A stretch of 64,000 nt of DNA, from NCBI GenBank assembly GCA_964016885.1, contig OZ024741.1, positions 77,748,001 through 77,812,000 on the forward strand, in the 5' to 3' direction. This document shows, in pieces, positions 14,058 through 29,208 of this stretch. A program made the translations under genes and the position numbers. The notes beneath the pieces were generated by a model that did no database searches, had not been told where the DNA came from, and worked only from the letters and a program-made list of their open reading frames with translations. The first letter of the stretch is position 1. Every line of letters starts with the position of its first letter. The stretch comes from Eledone cirrhosa. Lineage: Eukaryota.

Positions 14058-15524
14058 CACTCATGCATACAAACCACAACCACACACACGCCACTCACAT
14101 ACCAACACTCATTCATGCATACAAACACACACACCACTCACATATATATATATATATATATATATAACCGGCAGTACTGATATATATATATTTGTGTGTG
14201 TTGAGGGCATGACTACTTTTGAGTTTCAATTTCTTTATTAGAACTTGCACAAAATAGTCTGGTTATTATGAAGATAAAGTTTGCTAATGTCATGTTTGAA
14301 ATGTCCTCTAACAAGTTTCCAACATAGGTTAGACATTTGTGAGGAGGGGTTAGTTGATTAAATTGTCCCTACTACTTGACTGGTAGGTACCTTTATCTTA
14401 TTGATACTGAAAGAATGGAAAACAAAGTCCTCAGCAATATTTGAATACAGAACTTAAAGAGCTGGAACTAATAACCCAACACATTTTGTTGGCTGTTTTT
14501 ATGTTCTGCCAATCTAATAATGATGTTAATTCTATAAATTTTAAGCTTTCTGCTATATTTTTTTACAAAAGTTTTTATAGTGATTGGAACGTAAACTCTA
14601 GATTGTGTATTCTAGATTGCTGTGTATTCAATTATTCAATATAACTCAACATTTTTCTGAAGAGGTTTTGTTAAAATTTTGCATGATTTTCTTACTAATA
14701 TTGTTGCCATTGTACAAAAAACTGAACGGTGACACAAGAAAAAGTATTTATAGAAAAAATATACCAATTATAGAAAAATAAAATGAATCTTAAATGTTTG
14801 TCTCAATCAGTACTATTTTTGCCTCCCTTCACTCTGTGTTTTTGCTCCCTGCAGTCTTTATTTTGATATCTTTCTCATTCTCCTTGCTTTGTCTCTGTCT
14901 CCCTCTTGTTCCTCCTTCTCTTTATGTTTTCTGGTTCCACCCACCATCTCACTTTTAGTTACTTTCTCTCTCTTTTGGGTTTCTTTATCTTTCCTGTCCT
15001 TTCTTTGCTTCTTTCTTCCTCTTTACTCTTTGTCTCCCCTCACCCTCTTTGTTTTTCTCTGACTTTAAATGAATTTTGTCTTTTGCAACTTTGGGTCAAT
15101 ATTTGTATAAAAAAAAAGCACAAATTCTATGGAAGTTTCAAATTACTCATGCTGATTTAGTTTTAGCAGGAAAAAATGATAATAATGGTGATTGTTGGCT
15201 CTAATTCTGGCTCTGAACTAAGTTTGAATCTTGTTGAGGCCAGATTTATCTTTGATCTTTTGTGAGTCAATAAAATAAAATAGTAGTCCAGGGTACTGAT
15301 TTGGCAAAATTGTTATATGGTTGGATGGAGTACCTTGTAGTATTTGGGAGAGGGTTGGATCAGATGGGTTACAGTATTTGCATAACAGGATATGCAACTG
15401 GTAGATAGTATCTGCAATGGAAAGACGAATGGAAACATTGTTTCCTTGGTCTGATTTGACCAGTTCCATCCCACTCGGTAATCAAATGAAGTCTGGGACA
15501 TTGTTGATCAATTAAAAAAATTGC

Positions 15525-16320
15525 AAGAGGATTGGATCAGATGGATTAAATATTTATTAAATTGGATCAGATGTGATATAGTATTGTTAGATTGCATCAG
15601 GGAGGATACAGTATTTATTAGATTGGATCAGATGTGATACAGTATTATTAGATTGGATCAGATGTGATATGGTATTTATTAGATTGGATCAGATGTGATA
15701 CAGTATTTATTAGATTGGTTCAGATGTGATATGGTATTTATTAGATTGGATCAGATGTGATACAGTATTTATTAGATTGGATCAGATGTGATACAGTATT
15801 TATTAGATTGGATCAGATGTGATATGGTATTTATTAGATTGGTTCAGATGTGATATGGTATTTATTAGATTGGTTCAGATGTGATATGGTATTTATTAGA
15901 TTGGTTCAGATGTGATATGGTATTTATTAGATTGGATCAGATGTGATATGGTATTTATTAGATTGGATCAGATGTGTTATAGTATTTGTTAGATTGGATC
16001 AGATGTGATACAGTATTTATTAGATTGGATCAGATGTGATATGGTATTTATTAGATTGGATCAGATGTGATACAGTATTTATTAGATTGGATCAGATGTG
16101 ATACAGTATTTATTAGATTGGATCAGATGTGATATGGTATTTATTAGATTGGATCAGATGTGTTATAGTATTTGTTATATTGGATCAGATGTGATATAGT
16201 ATTTGTTAGATTGGATCAGATGTGTTATAGTATTTGTTATATTGGATCAGATGTGATATAGTATTTAATAGATCGGTCATTTGTTAGATTATTGGATCAG
16301 TGAAGATATAGTATTTGTTA
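15525..16320. repeat. 31-bp minisatellite, about 24 copies
   Basis: Unit AGATTGGATCAGATGTGATA(CA/TG)GTATTTATT. Confidence 0.95.
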
Positions 16321-17621
16321 GATGACTGATAAGATATGTATCACTGGTTGAAATTGTTTTATGCTGGCAAGTGTTCTGTTATATAAATGCTATAAAATCT
16401 GTTAACTTTAGTGTTCTGAGAAACCAAAACTTTCATTTGAACAATGCAATAAACTGTTGTTTGCTTACTAACTGTATTTAATGCTGAATTCTTTTTTTGT
16501 GCATTTTGTTTGTTTCTTAATGTCTCAATTCATAAAAAATAGTTATGTTGATTGTGAAAGATTTCATTATAGATAGTACAGAGAAGATGAGCACCTTAAT
16601 TTCAAGATCTCGATTTTACTTAGAGCCAGCAACTAATTTGGGGTGGATGTGGATATACTTTAAACTCTTTTACAGTATTTCTAATATGAGATTGCCTATG
16701 ATATTAACAAAGGTTTTTATATAAAATTCTGATGGAAGTTTTTTTTAGATAAATATAAACACTTCAAAACAAACAGCTTTGTATCATAAAATTGGAGCAG
16801 TTCAGGCAGCATGGTACCAAAAGGGTTAATGATTTGAAAAGGCAGCTGAATCTGTTTAATCTATTTTGGTGCTGTATAGCTTCAGTCCACACCTGGTCTA
16901 GTAGATCTATGATCAAAGGGACAGTTACTGATTAAGGTAGATGTGCTTTAGTGATCTACAAAAATGAATTCTTCTCTTCAAAGTTTGTTGGTTCCATGTC
17001 AACTTCTCTCAGGCATTTACATCTTAGTCATATCTCATTATCTATATTGTGTCTTTTCTCCTAGGCCCCACATTAACCATTATTCCTAATCTTTCCTCCC
17101 TAGAACACCGACTCTTGGAAATAACTTGCTTGCACCTCTTTCTTGCAATCATTGGTTTGCATCAGTTCCAGTGGAACATTAAGAACGAGTCTCAGAGGTC
17201 CTGAGAAGGCCATGAGCACAACCCCTATCTCTAGACCAATCAAAATGATTAAAAAAATCACATATATCAATGCGGTATGATAATACTTAGATTTTGCTAA
17301 CCCTTTCTATATTAACTTGCCTAAGACGACATCTGATTTTGTGGTACAAAGCTTGCCTTGTTTTAAAGTGTTCATATTTAACCCCCCCCCCCCCCCCAAA
17401 AAAAAAAATCCTAAAATTTTTTTTGTCATTCACTTTTTTATTTGAAGTCCTTTGTGTGTGATTTGAAGAAGATTTGACAGTTTTTTCTAGTACCTCTTAC
17501 AAATGTTATTTTTGTTGATGACATTGAAGTATTGTCTTTAATCTTATTTCACAAAGTTCTAAAATATAATAGGTCTATTATTTCTAAACATCCCCTGTCA
17601 CTAATAATAACAGCTTTAACA

Positions 17622-17683
<62 letters not shown>

Positions 17684-19560
17684 CTGCACATAGAAACAGT
17701 AAAAACGGAGGTGAGTGGGAGGGTCATCACCATTTATGTAGCAATAGTAGTTGTAGTAGTAATAATAATAGTAGTGGTAGTTTAATTTTTATCCCTATAG
17801 TTACTTAAGCAGCTTGGCTTTTGTATTTTTTGTCAATATGTCATTAATCCTCTCTACCCCTAGTAGTTTCAGGGCATTGTGCACGTGTCTATGTGTACAT
17901 GTTTGTGGGGGTGAGAGAGAGAGGCAGGTAGGCATAAGCAGACTTACACGGGCTCTGTCGTCACCAAAAGTTTGTTACCTGTGGATGGGTGAGGATGCTG
18001 TTAGAGTTCTGCTCCTGTATTGAAAGACCCCCTGTTAAGCTGGAACACCAGGTCCGGTTAGTCAGCTTTCACCATGAAAGGTAGGCTGCTGCTACTGTTA
18101 TGTTATGTACTACTGTTTACTACAACTGCCACCATCATCATTGTTGTTGTTGATGTTATTATTATTATTATTATTATTTGAAAAGGAAAATCAGGGTAGA
18201 GAGGGAAGTGCTCTCTTCCCAGCATTTTGTTGAAAGATGGATGAGAGAGGCAAGAATGGCCCGAGTATGTGTCTGTAAATTAAAGGTGGAAAACTGGGAG
18301 AGGGCACTTGCCCTGGTGGTCAGGGTCACTGTGGATTTTAATGGGCTTTCTCCACGAATGTCCCTCGGAAGTCTCCCCCGTATTGGGGAATTTTTCATTA
18401 TTTTTTTGTTACATCCTCTGTTTTTGTTTTTTACATGCAGAAATGCCCACTTGTACCGTCCTGTATTGTCCTGTACTGTCCTTAATGTCTACTTTATGTA
18501 AAACCTTGTGTTTAATAAAGAAAGCATTATTATTATTATTATTAATTTTATTATTATTATAAAGATTTATTAATTTTATTATTATTATAGAGCAGTGGAT
18601 TGTCAGAGTATTTAGAACTTAGCAATATTTGTTTCAGTTCTTTGTTCTGAGTTCAAATACTACTGAGGTCTACTTTGCCTTTCATCTTTCTGGGGTTGAT
18701 AAAATAAAGCACTAGTAAAAGTAGTGTGTGTTGTGGTCAATATAATCGACTTTCCTTTCCCTCAAGTTACTGGCTGTAACTTGGGCTGTGCCCCAAATTA
18801 GAAATGACTATTATTATTGTTTTTGTAGCTGTTTGCAGAATATGTATGTAGATTTTTGTTGTATGTGTATTGTTTCTGCGTAAGTCATCATCACCATCAC
18901 TATTTTACAGCTGTTTTCCATGCTGGCCTTAAATCGGACAGGTCATTACAGTTCAAATGTGTGCATATTCAAAGTTACCAGTCTCCTAGATGGTTTGCTC
19001 CAAGTAAATACTGAGTTAGACTGTAACAACTCATCCAGCCCATGCCAGTGTGAAAAAATGGATGGAAAATGATAATGATGCAATGCGTGCACACACACAC
19101 ATGCAATGTGTATATTTTCTGTTTTGTGTGCATTGTTTTTTGGGTTTTTTTTGTATAAAATTTAGCTACAAGAACTCAGAACTTTTAACATCATATAAAC
19201 TTGTGTTAAGCAAAGAATAGGGGGTTTAAATAATACTTGGTTCTATCGTTAATATTTGTTGTGTTTGATGTTTATTTTATGTGCATTGTGCACAAATCAA
19301 TGCTTGCTCATATGAGGACACCATGGTAATCATGAAAACTATAATTATGAGCCTGTTTGTAAATCAGGGTGGAAGTAACAAATATTTTTGTCTCTGTGTA
19401 TGTGTGAAGGGATGTATATATGTGTGTGGAGGAGGAGACATTAGAGACTATTTTAATATGAAGATAGGAAGGAATAAAAGAAATGTAATATACAAATTGC
19501 ATGTATTTGTATACTCAATTGCACACACATACATAATTGTATGTACAGGTATGTTTGTGT

Positions 19561-19646
<86 letters not shown>

Positions 19647-19942
19647 ATTGATATTTTTATATAACCTTTATTTCCACACCCAAGTTGTTGGTGGTGGTGG
19701 GGCTTGTGTTAATTATGGCAATATGCAAAGAATCGTTAAAAGCAGCTGTGTTTCAGCTGAGTGCTTCTGCTAATGCCGACAGCTAGGCTCAGCTCTAAAA
19801 TAGGATAGAGTAAGAGAACGCAAATGAGGCACCCACCTGTGTTCTATTTCTATGTTCTAAAGTAGTCAGGGGAAAAAAAAGAGATTTGAAGCTTGGAGTC
19901 TACTGACCACAACTATTCCAATATTTTATCCATATATTTTTG

Positions 19943-20220
19943 GATGCAGTCTGGCTGAATGGTTTAGAAGTTTGCTTTGCAATCATTAGACTTGGGTTTG
20001 ATCCCACTATGTGGCATCTTAGGCAATTGTCATTTGTCATAGCCTTAGGTCAACCTATGCCTTGTGAGTGAAATTGGATGACAAGAAACTGTTTGGAAGC
20101 CTATTGGTTGGACTGTACCTGTGATTCTAAGGCTAGCCTTGTAATATACTGGATCTCCCTAAGAACTGTGTTCAGGGTATACGTGTCTGTGAAATGCTCA
20201 GCCACTTACTCTCAGGTCTT
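19943..20220 (+). mobile_element. tRNA-headed CORE-like SINE (others at about 21480-21630, 62050-62350, 55680-55920, 2095-2250 minus)
   Basis: TGGCTGAATGG / GGTTTGATCCC boxes, CTTAGGCAA core, and GCCTTGTGAGTGAAATTGG..GAAACTG..GAAGCC body. Confidence 0.65.
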
Positions 20221-21084
20221 GAATAATTGTCCCGACCCTCATGCTTTTATTCTAACCCGCCTGCTTATTAAATTTTGCTAATCTATCTCGAAATTTTATT
20301 GTAAGTGATTCATATTGATACAGCAGCTGGAGAATCTAATAATAATTTTATTCTACATTAAAAAAGTATATATGAAAAAAAAAAAGAACATTACATGAAA
20401 TCTCATATTTACGAACATACACTATACAATCACCCCACCCATTATAAGAATTTAACCAAATGCCCCCCCCCCCCCCCCCCTCCGCTGTTATTTGGAACCC
20501 GAGAGTACATATTAATTTTATGAGCAGGCTGTTCAGTTGATTGAAATTCTGGAACTCATCGTTGGAACCACCAATCTGCTAATTGTAGTAGGCTTATTAT
20601 TATTAGTAGTATCACATTTATTAAAGTCTTTCACAAGCCCAGAGGCTATTCAGACCAGTGCTTATCCTGGTTTTATTGGTGCTAAGCGACAGTACATGAT
20701 TTTCTCCTGGACAGGATGCCAATTCATTGCAGGGTTAACCCTCAGCTGCTGCTGATACTCATTTTCAGCCGAAATACAATGCACCACTTGGTCCAGGAAT
20801 CAAAACTATGACATTGTGATCATTAGTCCATTCTAACAAGGTCATGTACCTTCACTGTCACATTCATTATTTGTCAATAATGTTTGATAAATTCTCTACA
20901 AACCTTCCTTTCTTTTTTTTTTCAATATGAAAAACAAATTTGAAATTCTAAGTGATAACATATCAACCAACCATATGTGATATTAACCATTTGTTTTTCT
21001 CTTTACCCCTTCTTTTCCTCTCTTTTCTCCCCTTTCCCTCTTCCCTTGTCCTCTTCAACATTATTGATTTAAATTGTATGGATC

Positions 21085-21445
21085 AGAAGCATGGAATATA
21101 ATAAAGCAACTAGAAAAAAGAATTGATGGCTCCTGTATAAGAATGTTGTGCATGGCACTTAATGTTTCATGCAACAGAAACTCATCAGCAGAGAATTGTA
21201 TCAGCAGCTTCTACCAGTAACAGAAGAGAGAATGCAGAGGAGAATGAAACTGGCAGTTCACTGTGTCCATCATCATGATGAGATAACAAGTGGTCTTGTT
21301 CTGTGGAAGTCATCAGATAGATACACAAACAGGGCCAGAAGGAAAAGAAATGACACTGATAGCTTGCTGGAAGATGCCAGAGTGGATAGTGTAAGAAAGC
21401 TCAGAACACTGATGATAGATGAAGAGCTTTGGAGGACATGAGTTA
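21085..21445 (+). mobile_element. RTEX-like LINE 3' fragment
   Basis: KQLEKRIDGSCIRML..ALNV and RRMKLAVHCVHH..LVLWK motifs typical of RTE/RTEX C-termini. Confidence 0.6.
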
Positions 21446-21920
21446 ATGAGCACTAGCCCTTCATACTCTATTCACAAACTAGTAGCTAACATAAAATTAC
21501 TTTGTTTCTCTTACCATATGGTTTTGGGTTCTATACCACTTCATGTCATCTTAGGCAATGTGCCTCCTAATATAAGCTTGGGCTGAATGAGTGAGATTAG
21601 TAGACAAAAGTTAAAGAGGCCCATTGTGTGTGTAACACTAAAAGTAAAAGCTATAGAGTTTGGAAATTGAAATCAAACAAAAGATTGGAGAGGACTCTCT
21701 TGTCTGGCGTAGTGCTTGTGTCATGAAAAATGCACCCAGCACACCATATAAGGTGGTTGGTGTGAAGAAGCGCATCCAGCCATTGAAACCATCCTTAATC
21801 TGGAACACAATGAGCGAGATGCATCACCTCGACCTGTCTGGTCTCAGACCATGACAACCCAGTTAATTCATACCAGCATGGAAAGAGGACATACATTTTT
21901 GTTGATTTTATATATATATA

Positions 21921-21967
<47 letters not shown>

Positions 21968-23039
21968 GTGTGTGTTGCCTCAAAAAGTTTCATGGACATG
22001 AAAATAATGATGGTGATGATTTATATAGTCTTTAGTGAAAACTAAACATGTCTTAGTTATTCTCTTTCAGCTGGGGTTGCTAAGAACCCTTTTCAAAACA
22101 ACTAATATGGAGAAGAAAAAAAAGACAAAGTAAAAAAATATTGTAGCGAGGCCAATTCTTGGTGAGAGTATTATTGTTGTATAAGGAATTGGGCAAGACA
22201 AGAAAGGCCAGGGGTTAATTATTGCTGATAACTGAAACCGTAGTCGAATGAATGGATGAAATTAGTCCAGGAATAATCACAGAATCGGAAAGAGTTGTCA
22301 GATTAATAATCTGATTGCTGCAGAGTTTGAAGGACAAAGAGGAAGGGAAGAGAAGAATGAAAATGAAAGGAAACTATTTAATCAATGTAAGGCAATGTAG
22401 AATTATATACAACCATATATATTTATAGAATAGATACAACCATATCTATTTATCTGTAGATATATACATAAATATGTATATGTATATATGTGCACATACA
22501 CATGAATATATATATATGCACACACGTGCTTAACTACACTACATCCATTTTGACTCTCACCTCCATGCTTATATGGATTGGGTGTTTATTTCTTTTAAGT
22601 AATTGTTTTTATAGCTGGATGGATAACCTTATTAACCACTGGACATAGAGTTATGCCCCTTGCCAATGGGCACAAAACAATGGCTGTCATAAGATTTAAA
22701 CTTTGGACCATGATATATGGTTAGTAGTTCAGGACTTTAAACATCACATCCATTGTTTCTTGTGTGTGTGTGTGTGTGGTTACCATGGTTTTACACATAT
22801 AAAAGATTGGTAGTGATCATCAGAGGATGTGAAGCAGAAATAGGAATTCCCTCTATTGAGGATTGAGATTATCTACTGTGATGTCTGTATGAAATCATGA
22901 GATTATCCACTATGAAATCATGATCTGTATTTACTGATGCACAGACATAATAGATTCTACATACTTTATCACAGTATTTACCAATTTGCTGCAGTCCCTT
23001 GTCATCTCCTAAGATCAGTTTTCACCACTTCTCAAGACT

Positions 23040-23760
23040 ATTTTGCAGAATCCTTCCACTAAGAACACTTTACAGTTCTTTACCTATCTTAAATGCCTTA
23101 TATACATCACATCTCTGAACCAGCATAGTATTTTCTCTTGCACATTACATCCAATTCTTCTTATACTCAGTCTTTCACTCAGCTAATTTGTGCTTTCTTG
23201 TTTATTGTAGACTATGCTTGCTTCATTTCTTTTCAGTCTTTGCATATCTTTTACACTCAATACCCATGTTTTTCTGCCATGCAACTATGTGTAGAAATAG
23301 TAAATCCCATTTGTTGCTCTTTGAACATTTTCCACTCATTGTTATGCTGGCTATTAATGCTTTCAGAAAAAAACCCACCTAAACATTTGAGAGAAGGTAT
23401 TTTATCAATGCTCTTGCTGTTCCTGCATGTTTGCTACATACATAGTCACCCTGCCTGTGGTTCCACTACATTGGGTACACAATATGGAATTTCTATTTAT
23501 CCTTTCTGCATTTGAACCTTGCCACTTCCTAGATGGCAGAAGACTCTTTTTTCCTGCTAACTCAAACTTTTGTCTTTGCTCTGTTTACTTTGAAGCTGGT
23601 TGATTCTAGGTTTTGTTTCCACATTTTAAATTTCTTCTCTAAAACTTCATTTTTCAGCTGTGAGAGCTAAGTTATCAGTACTTTAAACTGAGCTTTTGGG
23701 AAAATTCAACCTCATACCTACCTCAGTTCACTTCCTTGGCTTTCAACATATTGTTGCCAG
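23040..23760 (-). mobile_element. Highly decayed RTE fragment
   Basis: Remnant NRNSILCTQC motif and other patchy similarity to the RTE ORF. Confidence 0.45.
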
Positions 23761-24122
23761 GTTCAGATTCTGATTAAAGATTGGCTTTGGTACCTTTTGT
23801 CCAACAGCTCATACCACATTTAACTCTTATGCACAGGGTATCCATTATAAACTGAACATCTTTGTTAGTTGTGAAGGATTCACTTGCACACACATACACT
23901 TGTTATCTCTCTTTTCTCTGTCTTTCTACATACATTTATAATATATTAATATACATACACAATACATAAACATACATAATACATTAATATAAGTCATCAT
24001 CATTTTTATATTCACCTTTCCCATGCTTGTGTAGGCTGGAATGAAATTTTTTAAGGCAAGTTTTCTATGGCCAGGTGCTCTTTCTAATACCAACCCATAC
24101 TCTATTCTATAGGCATCATATA

Positions 24123-25007
24123 CAGGGTGCGGACGATATTTGTTCGCAAGATTACTGTCTAGGAAAACATAACACAGTTTTATTTTTTAAGATATATTTA
24201 TTTATTTTTTAAGATATATTTTTTAAGATATATTTATCAAACTTGGGTCTGTTTGTCTTCATGACTTTGATGACAGCCTCAAGGCGGCCTCGGAACCGGC
24301 TACAGGCCTTCGTCACTGTCCCCCGACTTAGGCCCCTAAAGACACTTGTGATCCTGGCCTTCAGATCATCTTTCGTATTGCATCTAGATCTGTTGGTGTC
24401 TCGTTCCACTGTGCCCCACACAAAGAAGTCGAGGGGGTTGCAGTCAGGCGAGCTGGGAGGACATCTCAGGTGAAGTGTGGTCGACGAAGTTCTCTGACAG
24501 CCAGGCTTGGGTCTTTTCAGCTGGTATGGCAGGGCGCTGAGTCTTGCTGCAACACGTACGGCCTACCTGCAGCTACCTGGTCGATCCAGGGCTTTACTAC
24601 CTTGCTCAGAATGCGGATGTAGCCATCGGTATTCAGCTTGAGGCCCTCAGGGAAGAAGTGAGGTGGCATGACGTCACCTTGACTGCTGACGACACCTAAG
24701 AACAATGTTGTCGCAGGAAACTTTGTCTGCATGACTCTTGAGCACGTCTTTGGATGAGACACCATTCTCCTGTTGATGCTGAGAAAGTCTGAAATTTCCT
24801 TATTTGTCCTCCCGGTGCGGATTCCAAGAAGAACTCTGTCTCTTCCACAAATTTGGAGGTTCAAAATTATTCATAATCAATTATTCTGAAAATAAATAAT
24901 GGAAATATAGTCACTGTTTTTATGAAGACAAGAGTGACAACGGAAGTAAAAAAAATTTGCATAAAATTAGCAGTTGAAAATTGTGAACAAATATCGCCTG
25001 CACCCTG
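24123..25007 (-). mobile_element. Tc1/mariner maT-type (DD37D) transposon, internally deleted
   Basis: TIRs of about 27 bp (CAGGGTGCGGACGATATTTGTTCGCAA, 3 mismatches), TA on both sides. The reconstructed QQDSAPCH...SPDCNPLD has 37 residues between the two aspartates. Confidence 0.9.
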
Positions 25008-25844
25008 TATATACCACTAACATTCATCAAACTGCTATACTACAGGACATATTGTTTGTGAGGGACAGAAATAATGTCAGCTTTTGGTTTTTTTTATTTT
25101 AATGGCATTGATATGACATTTTCAGCTAGTGTGTGTGTGTGGGGGGGGGGGTCTCTCTCTCTCTCTCTCTCTCTCTATCATCCTTCCAGTTTCCATCTAC
25201 GAAATTCATTCAAGGCATTGGTTTGCCCTGGGGCTGTAAATAGAAGATACTTGCTCAATGTACCACCCATATAACAAATACATACACAGCATGAATGCAT
25301 GCAGATAGGGAATGTAAACTGGTGGTAAACATGTGGCAAGCTGTTTTGGCAACACTAGTTCAATTCTCTCTTTGGCTATTTTTGCTTAATTTCTTTTTAC
25401 CTCTATTTGTCGTATCCTAGATAGTGATGGCCAATATGAGTTTGACTTCTTGACACGCTGCATGGAGAGAATATCTTAGGTTATGATCCAATGACTCATT
25501 AAAGTTTATGGATCACTCACCTTCCTTTAACTGTAAATAGACTGTAATGTTACTAGATATTTTCACTTCGTATATACATTGTACTTTCATAAGGCTCCTG
25601 TAGATTTCAGTAGTCTGTCTTAGACTGTATTTCAGTGCTACACTGCATCTAAATCTTATGCAGTGTCTCATCCAGTTTATGCCTCAGTATCTCATTGTAT
25701 CCGTGAGTCCTGATCTAGTGTCTAATCCAGTATATACCTCACTATCCCACTGTATCTATGAGCCCTGGTCCAGCATCTTACTTATCATATACCTCAGTTT
25801 CTCACTAAAACCTGATCTAGCCTATATCTCAGTGCCATCTAACC

Positions 25845-26024
25845 CAGGCATGTCAAACTGAGGGTCCCCCGAGGGCTACATGGGTCATGTGTTGTCTGGG
25901 GGCCACACATTACAACTATTTTTTATTTTATTTTATATTACAAAGATAAAACATGCTAGCGTTGTAAAAAACTTTGTGCCGGCCACAGATGTGCTTGTAA
26001 AGGGCTGCATATTTGACATGCCTG
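25845..26024. mobile_element. hAT (Charlie-like) MITE
   Basis: TIRs CAGGCATGTCAAA / TTTGACATGCCTG; 8-bp TSD ATCTAACC / ATCTAGCC. Confidence 0.85.
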
Positions 26025-26820
26025 ATCTAGCCTGTATCTGTGTCTCAGAATACCCAGTATGTCATGTAGCCTATATCTCAGTACTTCACAACACCCAGTA
26101 TGTCACCTAGCCTATATATTAGTACTTCAGTTTATCTGTGAGTTCTGATCCAATATCTAAATATAGTCTGTACTTCAGTACCTCACAGTCATGTACCAGG
26201 CTGCTATTTAATCTATATATCAGTACCTCAATACCTCATCATCAAGGAAGATGATGTATTGAGATACTGTGTAGTAATATGGATTAATATTTGTAGATTC
26301 CAATTGCCATGATACTTGTACCACTTTTCATAAGATTAAAGAGAAGAGTAAATGTGAAAAAATTAGAGAAATTTTTTATTGGCTATGGGATTCTGCCATG
26401 TTAGAGAGCATCCATTTCCAATTACTGCTGACGATGACACTGAAGGCTAGAAATAATTTCTAAATATGGACTGAATATGCTTTGTGATATACTCTTTAAC
26501 TGATTTCAGTTAATTGGCTGTGCCCATGCTGGGGTATTGACATGCTCTGTAATTTTCATTGCCACACACACACTATTTATGTTATATCTAATCTATCTTT
26601 ATCCATCTTGATTCATTCTTCATTCATTATCTGTAAGCATGACCCCTCCTTGCCATAACCCCCCCCCCCCCCCAAAAAAAAGAAGGAAGGCTGGGTGGGG
26701 TGAGGAGAGAAAAATTCAATGAATCTGAAAATAGGCCATTGATTCATTCATTGTAGCATAGTGTGGAACTTCCACAACCTTTATACATATGGCTTGTTGC
26801 TCTGTGTATGCATTCGTATA

Positions 26821-26854
<34 letters not shown>

Positions 26855-26928
26855 ACATTCGATATATATATATATATATATATGCATGCATATGTATGTG
26901 TTCAGTGTATGTGTATATAGACACATAC

Positions 26929-26987
<59 letters not shown>

Positions 26988-28828
26988 CATTCGATATATA
27001 TATATATGCATGCATATGTATGTGTTCAGTGTGTGTGTGTATATAGACACATACTATATATACATATCTCTCTCTCTCTCTATATATATATATAATGTCC
27101 TCCTCTACATTCACCCCATCTTATTCACTACTATATCATACAGAATATAAAATACTTTCCACATCAGCGGTGCTCAAGACAACTTATTGATTTAAAATCT
27201 GCCGCAATGGGCTGTTATTATCAATGTTATTGTTGTTGTATTATATTAGGCTGTAAGCAGAAGCAGTGGAGCACCAGAGTAAATGGTTTACAATTTTCAG
27301 TTTTGTTCATTTATGTTCTCAGTTGAAATCTTGTGCGTGTGTGCTGGGGGTGGTGGGATGAAGGAGCTTAGCTTTTGTTCTTTCCATAGAAAAAGAAATA
27401 AGTAGCAGTCAAGTACTGAAGTCAGCCATTTTCACCAGTCAAATACAAATAACAATTGTTCCTGCCACCAAAAGAGGGACATTTGTCGATTATAATACAA
27501 CTCCAGACAGGGGCAGAGGCACACATGTCTTGAGCAGTTTTAACTTGGCAGAGCCCATTCTTCTCCAGGTTTGAACACAACTGATTTCTTCTAGTGAAGG
27601 AGAGGAAATGAGAAAGAGATATAGAAGAATTGACCTCAGTACTAAACTGTTATTTTTTTTTTTATTACCCTTGAAAGGATAAAAGGCAATGTTGACCTCG
27701 GCAGGATTTGAATTCAGAGCGCAGAGAGTTAGAATGACTTGGCTGCTATTGCTAGCAAATTAAGCAATTATGTAGAAGCTCTCTCAATATTGTTGTACAG
27801 GTTGTTAGGTGATAGAATAGGTAGAGCACCAAACAATTTGCCATGTAGTATTCAGTTTTGTTGCTTTATGTTCTGAGCTCAAATCACACCCTTATTAATT
27901 TCACATTTCTTCCTCCTACAGCACCAATAAAATATATACTAGGGTCAGTTATACCCCTCCTACTAAAATTTGCACCCTTACACCTATATGAGACATAAAT
28001 CCTTGTTCTATTTTTATATTATATTTCATTCATTAGTTTATAGACAGATGGTAGAGCTAGTCTTGTATATAGTTTTCGGTTCAAATCTCACTGATGTTTG
28101 CTTTTCTTTTCATCTATCTGGCATTGATTAAATTGATTACAATTGCTTCCCAACATTTTGGGCTTGTTCCAAAGTTAGGAATCATTTTTAAAAAATGTCT
28201 GAAGCTCCTGGTTAGCCATAGTTCAGTTGTCCTGTGATGAAATGCTTTCCAACTGTGACTTCCTCCTCTTTTTTAGTGTCTCCAAGACTACATTATCTAA
28301 TGTGTTCTACACATTTTAAAAAGTTGAGTGTGTGGTTCAAGGGAGATTTGGCTGCTATTTGTAGCAAGTGAAGTGACCATATGGAGGTCATTCATTGGTG
28401 AAGAAACAAGGTTGATTAGAAGAAACTAAAAATAAAATAAGGAAGAAGGCTTTGTGCTTATGTTAGTGATTATTGAACAAAATGGTATTTAGTTACATTC
28501 TGGTCTCAAACATTGTTGGGGCGAACTTTAACTTCCATCATCATTCAGCAGTCTTTAAAATAAATAGTTTCTGTCAGTCTGTCTATCTATCTAATTTTAC
28601 AGTTGACCAACTCAGCTTTGCTTCCCCAGGGATGGAGTGGGTGAGTGTTCTCAGTGTAAAATGTATTACCAGTGGAGACGAGAGTGGGCGAGTTAAGTAA
28701 TTGGTCTACCTCTCCCGTTTGTCATTGGAAATTGTGGCCCTATGAGCTGACGTTAAAAGTCAGTCTTTTCTTTTTCAAAGTTGAATGCAATTCTCAATAT
28801 TTACCAAATAGCACACACACACACACGC

Positions 28829-28895
<67 letters not shown>

Positions 28896-28908
28896 TGCAC
28901 ATATACAG

Positions 28909-28944
<36 letters not shown>

Positions 28945-29208
28945 TCATTCATACTTGATTGTTGCATTTAGATATTCAAGTTGTGGTGGCACTGATAGCA
29001 GCAGTAGTACTAGTGTTGGTGGTGGAACACACTTCTCTTAATTATCCCCCCCCCCCCCTCACAAAATGGAGGGAATACTAGAGACAAAATAACTACTACA
29101 ACAAAGAAGTAGTAAATGGAGTGTGTATTATGGTAGTTTGGTTCCCTGTGCTTCATTAGTTGGTGTACATGTGTACACACACATGCACACATTATATATA
29201 TTATATAT

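Noticed and set aside
15525-16320. Regular 31-bp repeats resembling a CRISPR array (also 41170-42340 and 58720-59047)
   Set aside because: Units are contiguous with no unique spacers, there are no cas genes, and the context is eukaryotic. These are minisatellites.
22071-22386. Possible exon (TCTCTTTCAG acceptor; donors after 22161 or 22386)
   Set aside because: No through-going frame or homology. A 5'-UTR exon cannot be excluded.
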